Origin: a virus
Lineage: Duplodnaviria; Caudoviricetes
Virus record (IMG/VR): IMGVR_UViG_3300025103_000122
Span: 1 to 27,654 of that record
Strand: one strand, 5' to 3'
DNA: 27,654 nt
The notes under the pieces are model-generated. The model was not told the DNA's origin and searched no databases. It saw only the letters and a list, made by a program, of their open reading frames with translations. Numbering within the stretch: position 1 is the first letter of the stretch; each line of letters starts with the position of its first letter. Position numbers and translations under genes: made by a program. Positions 1 to 6,476 of this stretch are shown here, one piece after another.

Positions 1-163
1 GCTGTTCCACAATCGTTTCTTTTTTCAAACGCTTGTCTAATTCAATGCCATGCTTACGACCAATTTTTTCAAGTTCTTTGGCACTTTTTTTCATCAGCTC
101 CTTTTTGTTCAGGGATGCTGAAATCCAAGGGTGGTATTGACCTCTACCGAAGTTATAACTCAT
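1..163 (-). CDS. Small basic protein, possible Rho-N/HeH-like nucleic-acid-binding fold (runs off the left edge)
   Basis: Not in the ORF track. Manual translation gives MSYNFGRGQYHPWISASLNKKELMKKSAKELEKIGRKHGIELDKRLKKETIVEQ, open to the edge. Its ATG overlaps the TGA of 160..348 and follows a GGAG SD. Confidence 0.75.
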   Translation of the reverse strand, partial: MSYNFGRGQYHPWISASLNKKELMKKSAKELEKIGRKHGIELDKRLKKETIVEQ

Positions 164-348
164 AGCTCTGTCTCCTCAATTATTATTAAAGGTTTATCTT
201 CCAAGAACCCCTGACATTCAGTCAAGGATTCATCATCACAGAATAGCAACGACTCATTCTCCTCACATACATAGAATGGTGGTGGTGCTACTCCGAGTTC
301 ATTACAGCCAGTTAAGGCTAATGCAAGTATTATTATTAGTGTTTTCAA
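160..348 (-). CDS. Small lipoprotein
   Basis: MKT, a hydrophobic stretch and lipobox LTG|C; three further Cys; ATGA overlap with the ssb stop. Confidence 0.75.
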   Translation of the reverse strand: MKTLIIILALALTGCNELGVAPPPFYVCEENESLLFCDDESLTECQGFLEDKPLIIIEETEL

Positions 349-788
349 AATGGTATCTCCTCATCCTCAAAGTCATCCTTCGCAACTGGTTCTATCGTAG
401 GTTGTTCAGAAGGAATTTCTGTTGGTGGAGGTGTTTCTTGCGTTGGTTGTTTTTTAGACAAAATACGAAACTCTGATCCAAAGCCACCAAGTTTAATTAC
501 AGTAGAGTATTTCTTAACACCGTTAACTTCATAGCTACGAGTGTTTAACTTGCCCTCTACATATACCTGAGTGCCTGTATCAAGATCAAGTTTCTGTAGT
601 GTTTCAGCCAGTTTATTCCACACGCTACAAGTATGATATTCTGTTTCTGTTTTACGCTCACCTGTAGTTTTATCTTTCCACGATTCATTGGTAGCTAATT
701 TAACTCTACATAAAATACCACCATTATCTAGCTGTTTAAATTCAGGTGGCTGTGTTAAATTTCCAATTAGAATTACTCGATTTATCAT
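345..788 (-). CDS. ssb: Single-stranded DNA-binding protein
   Basis: NRVILIGNL, LATNESWKDK, TEYH and VYVEGKLNTRSY motifs, acidic C-terminal tail ending EIPF, AAGGAG SD. Confidence 0.97.
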   Translation of the reverse strand: MINRVILIGNLTQPPEFKQLDNGGILCRVKLATNESWKDKTTGERKTETEYHTCSVWNKLAETLQKLDLDTGTQVYVEGKLNTRSYEVNGVKKYSTVIKLGGFGSEFRILSKKQPTQETPPPTEIPSEQPTIEPVAKDDFEDEEIPF

Positions 789-811
789 TACATCTCCTTA
801 TATTAAAATTA

Positions 812-880
812 GGTGGTTACTTACGGCAACCAATCGGACTTGTTTGTCTTTAACTAAGGATGGCTTGGAGAACCACCCAC
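812..880 (-). promoter_or_regulatory. Structured leader upstream of ssb
   Basis: Minus-strand hairpins GGGUGGU/GCCAUCC (878-858) and UGGUUGC/GUAACCA (832-814). Their G-U pairs work only on the mRNA strand. Confidence 0.5.
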
Positions 881-894
881 ACAGCGTAGGAAAG

Positions 895-1566
895 TCAATC
901 CTCTGTGTTCTTTTGTTTCTCAGCAAAGTCTTTAGCAAGAGCAACATTTTTTTCATGTTTAGCTTTTGCTTTTTCTTTGCTCTCTAACGACTTGCGCTCT
1001 TTCCGTTCAGCCATCCACTCCAAGTGTTCAGGACTTAGCGTAAGTTTAACCCTTGTAGCTAACGGAGTGTCACCTCTGTAATCTTTCTCTACTTCAGTAA
1101 CACCTTCCTCATCTTCAGATTCAATAGCCATGATCAACTTAGCTGACAAACTCTCAGCTTTGTATTGAGCCAACTCATCAGCTTTAGCATTAGCTTCTTG
1201 TTGTGCAATCGCATTCTTAACTTCATCGTATGTCGCAACTGAGTTTGTGATACCTATACCCATCATCCCAAGCGCCCGCCCAACTGCGCTGGTTTCACAT
1301 ACCTCGACAAAAGAAGTAGCATTAATGTTGTTCTTGCTTTTTTCTTCATGAGCCATACCAGTAGCAACTAACTTGCCATCAACATGGATTGTAGTCTTGC
1401 ACATAATCGACTCACCATCAAAAAACACATGATCCGTATCAATACTAGCGTTCTCGTAATGCTTACGAAAGTATTGAAGCCTAGTCTTGACCATTACATA
1501 TTCAGACTTACCCAAAGGTATTGACTCAAGTAATGGTAGACCGTATTTGTCTAATTGCTGTTCCAT
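895..1566 (-). CDS. Sak/Rad52-like single-strand annealing (recombination) protein
   Basis: YVMVKTRL...ATGMAHEE...SFVEVCETSAVGRALG motif pattern, adjacent to ssb, AAGGAG SD. Confidence 0.7.
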   Translation of the reverse strand: MEQQLDKYGLPLLESIPLGKSEYVMVKTRLQYFRKHYENASIDTDHVFFDGESIMCKTTIHVDGKLVATGMAHEEKSKNNINATSFVEVCETSAVGRALGMMGIGITNSVATYDEVKNAIAQQEANAKADELAQYKAESLSAKLIMAIESEDEEGVTEVEKDYRGDTPLATRVKLTLSPEHLEWMAERKERKSLESKEKAKAKHEKNVALAKDFAEKQKNTED

Positions 1567-1575
1567 AATATCTCC

Positions 1576-2040
1576 TTAATTTTTGTGATAAGAATTTTTC
1601 CTATCTCTTGTTTGAAAAAAACCTTGATGTTGTGGGAAGTCATCCATAAACTTTCTAGCGTAATGTGAAATCCACCCATCATCAATTTTATAATCGCCTT
1701 CACCTGAGATCATAGTTTCCCATCTGATCCTGTGAAATATAGCTTTTGCAGAATAGTATTTCTTTCTTTGTGTAGCCATATTTGTAAACTTAACAAACAA
1801 GTCATAAATCTCAGGGTGATTTTTATGATATTCATTAAAGTTTTCTTTAGTCCATTTACCATGCATATTGCTCTCTTGCATTGTAAATTCACCAAACCCC
1901 GCTAATTCTTCCTTGCGCTCATCAACATATGGATTTTCAAATTCTTCATTTGTGTAACCATGTTTAATTAACTTGTTGACAGTATCTTCCGAGAATGGAA
2001 AATTATCTTCATTGTCAATTGCATCTGAATGACCGTTCAT
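1576..2040 (-). CDS. Hypothetical phage protein (basic/aromatic C-terminal domain, possibly DNA-binding)
   Basis: ORF with GGAGG SD and TAATG coupling. C-terminal YSAKAIFHRIRWE...YARKFM...FFQTR looks like a conserved phage domain. Confidence 0.75.
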   Translation of the reverse strand: MNGHSDAIDNEDNFPFSEDTVNKLIKHGYTNEEFENPYVDERKEELAGFGEFTMQESNMHGKWTKENFNEYHKNHPEIYDLFVKFTNMATQRKKYYSAKAIFHRIRWETMISGEGDYKIDDGWISHYARKFMDDFPQHQGFFQTRDRKNSYHKN

Positions 2041-2381
2041 TATTTACCTCCAAGTTTTAAGTCAAAAGAAAGACGATCCTGTAACACCATCTTGATGTCA
2101 TCAGTAAAGTCATAATCGAAATCTTCTTCGTAATCCTGATACTTTCCATAGACCATAGCAGAAAGTGTGAAATATCGAAGTTTTATTACCCTGTTGATAG
2201 CATCAGCTAAGATCAAAGTGTTTTGAACATCAAGTTTTTGATCTAAATCGCCAACCATATGTTCAACTTCCATAATGATGTTGTCAGCTTCAGTCATGCA
2301 TTCGTCACGAGCATCATCTTTGTTAGCTTCCCATTGTGTTGAGAACGCTTCGTCTTTTAATATGTCTTGCTTAGTTTCCAT
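2040..2381 (-). CDS. Hypothetical acidic protein
   Basis: 113-aa ORF with TTGGAG SD, directly downstream of the operator/promoter copy at 2406-2430. Confidence 0.8.
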   Translation of the reverse strand: METKQDILKDEAFSTQWEANKDDARDECMTEADNIIMEVEHMVGDLDQKLDVQNTLILADAINRVIKLRYFTLSAMVYGKYQDYEEDFDYDFTDDIKMVLQDRLSFDLKLGGK

Positions 2382-2405
2382 AATATCTCCAAGTGTTTAA
2401 AGTGT

Positions 2406-2430
2406 TAAGTATATACTAATATTGATATAT
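2406..2430. promoter_or_regulatory. Operator-like palindrome copy 1 with leftward -10 (TATACT)
   Basis: TAAGTATATACTAATATTGATATAT, 24/25 identical to 4641-4665; intergenic. Confidence 0.75.
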
Positions 2431-2433
2431 GAT

Positions 2434-2745
2434 TTAATAATTAGTATTCATTTCGTATTGGTCATCACCAACCTTAGTTACAAAACCTACTTCAAGCGCT
2501 TTAGCTAAAAGTTGGTCAGCATCTAATTCAAAATTAAATGATGGGCATTGATCAATAAATAACTCTTGCTTAGTAAAGATTACTTTCATAAATTTACTTT
2601 CTAAGTATTTAATTAAGTATTTAGCATAGCCTACGACAAACTCTTTATTTTTAAACTTAAATACTTTCTTAGGGTTATCGCTATGCTTTGCATAAATATC
2701 TTTAAATTGAGCAAATTCTTGCTCTGTAAATGTAATATTTTCCAT
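2434..2745 (-). CDS. Hypothetical protein
   Basis: 103-aa ORF, GGAGGT SD, TAATG coupling to the upstream gene. Confidence 0.75.
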   Translation of the reverse strand: MENITFTEQEFAQFKDIYAKHSDNPKKVFKFKNKEFVVGYAKYLIKYLESKFMKVIFTKQELFIDQCPSFNFELDADQLLAKALEVGFVTKVGDDQYEMNTNY

Positions 2746-3413
2746 TACAGTACCTCCACGTTATTAGGTCGTTTAAAAAAACCAAACTTAGGATCGTCAT
2801 CGCTTGGTATAACTTTAGCTACAAAAGAAACTCTAGTTCCTTCGTCAAGAGTTCTAGTTCGATAATCACCATCTTCATCAAAGTCATATTTTTCTACAAA
2901 GGCTTGTCCTACTGAACCATTCAGTTTAAAGCCACGATCATCAACAAAAAACATCTTTGTTGAACCTCCCCATTGACTATATGTAAAGTAAGTCTTTTCA
3001 ATAACACCAGTAAACTTGATACGTTCATCAGTTACTGGAATAGGTTCAGCTTTATCGTAGGCTTCTTGTTTAAGACGTTGCTCCTCAACTCGTTCAGCTT
3101 CTGCTTCAGCTTTTGCTTCAGCTTTGGCTTTGGCTTCAGCTTCACGCTTGGCAATCTCTTTAGGAGAAAGAACAGGAGCTTCCCAACGATAAGGTTTCTC
3201 AGCTTCGCCCCACTTCTCAAGATCAAACTTATTGCCTACCTGAAGTTCACGGTCACCAACAAACTCTTTAGCTTTAGCGACAGCCTTGTCGAAATCTCTA
3301 CTAAGGTTTTTGACATATCTATCTTCCTCATTGATGCCATAATTAGTAGGAATTAAGTAATGCTCACGAAGTGTGTACATACCGTTTCCAAATCCACTTG
3401 AAATGTAATACAT
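2745..3413 (-). CDS. Hypothetical protein with AEAK-rich helical linker and possible C-terminal OB-like beta domain
   Basis: 222 aa, EAEAKAKAEAKAEAEAE linker, GGGAGGT SD, TAATG coupling. Confidence 0.8.
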   Translation of the reverse strand: MYYISSGFGNGMYTLREHYLIPTNYGINEEDRYVKNLSRDFDKAVAKAKEFVGDRELQVGNKFDLEKWGEAEKPYRWEAPVLSPKEIAKREAEAKAKAEAKAEAEAERVEEQRLKQEAYDKAEPIPVTDERIKFTGVIEKTYFTYSQWGGSTKMFFVDDRGFKLNGSVGQAFVEKYDFDEDGDYRTRTLDEGTRVSFVAKVIPSDDDPKFGFFKRPNNVEVL

Positions 3414-4177
3414 TACTTACCTCCCAATATTTTTTTAGTATATCTTGGTGATTCACTTTGATCGCCTTTTACAGCTTCAGGGTGTTCTTTAAACCACAGC
3501 TCGTTTAAGCCAACAGTCCAATTCTCAGTCAGCTCTTTCTGAATATCTCCCTTGATCAGCTTCTTTGCTAAGTTGTATGCCTTGTACCAAGAAGTAGTCT
3601 TATCAGTATATTCATACATCCAATGCTCATAGAAGTGTTCAAAGTCAAGGCGCTCATCAAAGATTTCAATTTCCAAATCAGCTCCATAGTAACCTTCCTT
3701 CTCATAGAAACTCAACCAAGAATACTGAGCCATTAATTCCATAGTTCTTTCTTCCCAATCTCTAATAACTCTTGGTTTTCTTGGTGGCTTAACAATAAAG
3801 GCTTCAGGTTTAAGAAGGTCTTTTTGCTCGAACTTGCCCATGATCTCAGCTATTTGATCTCGATCTAATGGATCACTATTAAACTGATTATGGTTATATC
3901 CATAGTTGTGCATTAGTTCATGTGCAAAGAGTTGTGCTACTTGATACAAGGAACAATCTTTTGACATTGATAAAAACATTCCCCAAGGTTTGTATCTTGG
4001 AAATCTAAGGAAAGCTCGACCACTAAATTTTGAAGTTGTCTTGTCCTGTATGTGAATGTTGAGATCATCCCACCATGGCATTCTACCTTCGTGCTTGGCA
4101 AGTTGATTGTGAATGAAACAAAACAAGCTCTTTAGCTTCTTAGTCTCATATAAAGATGTGTTTTTAGTTATTTTCAT
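3413..4177 (-). CDS. HExxH zinc-metallopeptidase-like protein
   Basis: LFAHELMHNYG motif. Start reassigned from 4258 to ATG 4177 (MKITKN) because of the CTTGGAG SD and removal of the overlap with the upstream gene and hairpin. Confidence 0.65.
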   Translation of the reverse strand: MKITKNTSLYETKKLKSLFCFIHNQLAKHEGRMPWWDDLNIHIQDKTTSKFSGRAFLRFPRYKPWGMFLSMSKDCSLYQVAQLFAHELMHNYGYNHNQFNSDPLDRDQIAEIMGKFEQKDLLKPEAFIVKPPRKPRVIRDWEERTMELMAQYSWLSFYEKEGYYGADLEIEIFDERLDFEHFYEHWMYEYTDKTTSWYKAYNLAKKLIKGDIQKELTENWTVGLNELWFKEHPEAVKGDQSESPRYTKKILGGK

Positions 4178-4195
4178 ATACTTCTCCAAGTAAGT

Positions 4196-4212
4196 GGGGA
4201 GCAAAGCTCCCC
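4196..4212. promoter_or_regulatory. GC-rich intergenic hairpin (weak terminator or processing/stability element)
   Basis: GGGGAGC-AAA-GCTCCCC perfect 7-bp stem; no good U-tract on the minus strand. Confidence 0.55.
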
Positions 4213-4220
4213 TGTTAAAA

Positions 4221-4586
4221 TTATCTGCAAAGGATGTTGTAAGATTCTTGTGATTCAAATCTATCGAAAACAGGAATCACATCAGGACATGGATACCCAA
4301 GCATTTCAGTAATGTGATCAGCGATGTAGTTATCTACTTCAGCATACACACCGTTGTGCATAGCACCGATCAAGCCTTCAGGTTTGCGTAGTGGTTTTAA
4401 AATTGCTCTGTATCCACCTTTAACCTGTTGCTTTTCAATAATAAATTCAGGAGCTGACTCATCAGCTTCTTGTACGAAATAGCCACTAGGAATCTCTACA
4501 CCAATAATAGTGATCTCATCTTTACCTTTTAAAAGGTCTTTGCTACCGTACTTGCTAGTTAATAATTTTGCTCTGTTAAATGACAT
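4221..4586 (-). CDS. Hypothetical protein, first gene of the leftward operon
   Basis: The TTGGAG SD at 4598-4593 favours ATG 4586 (MSFNRAK) over the track start at 4598. Confidence 0.75.
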   Translation of the reverse strand: MSFNRAKLLTSKYGSKDLLKGKDEITIIGVEIPSGYFVQEADESAPEFIIEKQQVKGGYRAILKPLRKPEGLIGAMHNGVYAEVDNYIADHITEMLGYPCPDVIPVFDRFESQESYNILCR

Positions 4587-4640
4587 TTTCATCTCCAAGT
4601 TGTTAGTTTAAAAGTGCCGATTTGTTATCCTCGACACAGA

Positions 4641-4666
4641 TAAGTATATACTAATATTGGTATATA
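4641..4666. promoter_or_regulatory. Operator-like palindrome copy 2 with leftward -10 (TATACT)
   Basis: TATATACTAATATTGGTATATA (4645-4666) is a 22-bp palindrome with one mismatched pair, upstream of the leftward operon. Confidence 0.75.
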
Positions 4667-4728
4667 GGTAGATTATTTTACATTTATTTTATTTCCTTTA
4701 GGAATAGGGGTTGTAGAGGTATTTTTTT

Positions 4729-4759
4729 ATCCCTGACTATAGATAGGGATTATTTTTTT
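4729..4759 (+). terminator. Terminator-like hairpin upstream of the ncRNA candidate
   Basis: ATCCCT-N10-AGGGAT followed by TATTTTTTT. Confidence 0.45.
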
Positions 4760-4832
4760 GCAAATTTTTATAAAATGATCAGAAAACCTGTGTATTATTA
4801 CTGGTCTTGGTTTAGCGTTTTTTGAGTAGATC

Positions 4833-4873
4833 AGAAAGCGAAAACCCCTAGAGTGAATGAAGCTCTAAGGGTT
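4833..4873 (-). terminator. Intrinsic terminator of the antisense RNA
   Basis: Minus strand CCCUUAGAG-loop-CUCUAGGGG followed by UUUUCGCUUUCU. Confidence 0.65.
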
Positions 4874-4905
4874 GTCTAAAACTGGTGTTTGCCCCACCGT
4901 TCTGT
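4833..4905 (-). ncRNA. Candidate ~70-nt antisense RNA
   Basis: Bounded by the minus-strand promoter at 4938-4911 and the intrinsic terminator at 4873-4833. Confidence 0.62.
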
Positions 4906-4910
4906 GAAAG

Positions 4911-4938
4911 ATTATACCATCTTAGGACTTCTTGGCAA
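4911..4938 (-). promoter_or_regulatory. Sigma70-type promoter (leftward)
   Basis: TTGCCA (4938-4933), 16-nt spacer, TATAAT (4916-4911) with extended -10 TGgTATAAT. Confidence 0.7.
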
Positions 4939-5375
4939 ATATCAGGATGCGAATCGTGATATGTCTGACATTTTATGTTTCACTCACACGACAAAAAAGA
5001 GATTCAGTTATGCATCCCAAGAAGCTGTTGATTGATGTTAGATTAAGAAGGTTTATACTGGTAACCACCTTGAACCGATAAAGAAAATCTAGCGTAGAGT
5101 TGCAGAAGGCTGAGTACGGATCATACCGTAGCAATGAACTCTAACTTGTATAGCTATGATGGTTACAAGCATTGGATGATACTGCGATGAGCTGTAAACC
5201 GATGATAATCTCTAACTGCTTTAATTAGTGGTTAGGGATTGATTTGCTTGAACTTCCCCAACTCCAAACTGTTCCCGATAAGTTAAAAAGCAAAAGCTCT
5301 TGATCTTAAAAAGGGATTTATCCCTCTGCTCTACTGAAGTCACTCGCTGAAAGCGAAATATAAGAGTAAACCAAC

Positions 5376-5404
5376 TTACCACTTTGTACTAATATTGATA
5401 TAAT
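5376..5404 (+). promoter_or_regulatory. Rightward sigma70 promoter overlapped by operator copy 3
   Basis: TTACCA-17-TATAAT with TGa extension. TACTAATATTGATATA (5387-5402) overlaps the spacer and -10. Confidence 0.75.
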
Positions 5405-5431
5405 TATATTATTCTATTACTTTTTTTTATT

Positions 5432-5650
5432 ATGTCTAAGATAATTTATTACGAATCAATTCCTAGAGAGCTTGAAAGGCTTGAGATCACACAAAAAGAA
5501 GCAGCCAAAATGTTAGGTTTATCACTTAGTGGTTTTACATCAAGAATAGCATCAAACAAACCTATAACTCATTGGATGATCTATGGGTTGTCCAATTATT
5601 TAGAGCCAACTAAACCTAGAAAACGTATTAAGAATGCCAAAAAAAATTGA
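5432..5650 (+). CDS. Cro/XRE-like helix-turn-helix regulator
   Basis: LERLEITQKEAAKMLGLSLSGFTSRI HTH signature; first gene of the rightward operon. Confidence 0.85.
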   Translation: MSKIIYYESIPRELERLEITQKEAAKMLGLSLSGFTSRIASNKPITHWMIYGLSNYLEPTKPRKRIKNAKKN

Positions 5651-5819
5651 TCACTCCGAAAGAAAAAAACTAATCCAATCAATCAGAGATATTATTGGAA
5701 CGATTGAAGCCATAGAAGATCATGCTATAAAAGAAAACTTATGCCACCAAATTATAGGTTTATGTGATCAGATGAAATTTACTTTAATTATGGATATGCA
5801 AAAAGCTGATGAACTATGA
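5634..5819 (+). CDS. Hypothetical helical protein
   Basis: 61-aa ORF filling the space between the HTH and VRR-NUC genes. Confidence 0.65.
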   Translation: MPKKIDHSERKKLIQSIRDIIGTIEAIEDHAIKENLCHQIIGLCDQMKFTLIMDMQKADEL

Positions 5820-6180
5820 AGAAGATGTAATTCAGAAAGCTATCTGTAAGTACCTTGATATGCGTAAGGTTTGCTATTGGGCAGTACCTAATGGTGGTTC
5901 TAGGTCTGCAATTGAGGGCGCTAAACTTAAAGCTACAGGAACTAAAAGTGGTGTGCCTGATATAACAGTTGTCTATGATGGAATGTATTGGGGATTAGAA
6001 ATCAAACGACCAGCGAATGATAAACATCCTAAAGGGTATTTAACTCAATCACAAAAAGATATGCATGAAAAAATCAGAAATGCAGGTGGATCAGTTAAGA
6101 CAGTTTATAGTGTAGCTGATGTTATTCTTTGGCTTAATACAGATGTTATGTATGAAGTTAAGTTTGATGTAGAAAAGTGA
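5809..6180 (+). CDS. VRR-NUC family PD-(D/E)xK nuclease (Holliday junction resolvase-like)
   Basis: EEDVIQ, AVPNGG, GVPDI, LEIKRP and LTQSQ motifs. Confidence 0.9.
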   Translation: MNYEEDVIQKAICKYLDMRKVCYWAVPNGGSRSAIEGAKLKATGTKSGVPDITVVYDGMYWGLEIKRPANDKHPKGYLTQSQKDMHEKIRNAGGSVKTVYSVADVILWLNTDVMYEVKFDVEK

Positions 6181-6476
6181 AAGAGAGTGCCATAACTCGT
6201 AGTGCTAAAGGGCAGGCTTGTACGCTAAAACTAGATGATTGCTTGAATGATAATGGTGCTACAACTGTTTTTGCTCACAAGAATGGTGGTGGCATGGGTG
6301 AAAAAGTTAAGGATGATCATGGTAGAGATGTAGGAGCTTATCTGTGTCGCTATTGTCATGATGTCGTAGATGGTCGCATTCAACATCCCTATTGGAAACC
6401 ATATTTTCTTCAAGAAATGTTTGATCACGCAATTATGAGAACAGATAGAATATTAAGGAAGAAGGGATTGAAATGA
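6177..6476 (+). CDS. DUF1364/YbcO-like zinc-binding putative nuclease
   Basis: RSAKGQAC...C...TTVFAH...GMGEK...AYLCRYCHDVVDGR. Confidence 0.85.
   Translation: MKESAITRSAKGQACTLKLDDCLNDNGATTVFAHKNGGGMGEKVKDDHGRDVGAYLCRYCHDVVDGRIQHPYWKPYFLQEMFDHAIMRTDRILRKKGLK

Larger units (their letters stand above)
4801..5374 (+). ncRNA. Candidate large (~570 nt) highly structured non-coding RNA, family not recognised
   Basis: No ORF of 60 aa or more. At least 10 consecutive helices, many with G-U pairs valid only on +. TTGGTTTA (4807-4814) is complementary to TAAACCAA (5367-5374). Ends are approximate. Confidence 0.72.

Noticed and set aside
276-3356. Plus-strand ORFs 276..476, 688..987, 2683..2865 and 2973..3356
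   Set aside because: They overlap coupled minus-strand genes, and the FSFCFSF run is just the mirror of the AEAK repeat.
4178-4258. N-terminal extension of the 281-aa ORF
   Set aside because: It overlaps the upstream gene and a hairpin, and the SD supports ATG 4177.
4625-4911. DnaA boxes (TTATCCTCG 4625, TGTGTATTA 4789, TGTGAAAGA 4903)
   Set aside because: All are mismatched and scattered, as expected by chance in AT-rich DNA.
5323-5349. Loose resemblance of CCTCTGCTCTACTGAAGTCACTCGCTG to the ColE1 primosome assembly region as I remember it
   Set aside because: It needs several gaps, the orientation relative to the RNA looks opposite, and I cannot verify it without an alignment.
4801-5374. 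Group I/II intron, tRNA or tmRNA identity for the structured region
   Set aside because: It interrupts no gene, and I could not find a group II domain V, a group I core or a cloverleaf with a T-loop by eye. A covariance search is still needed.
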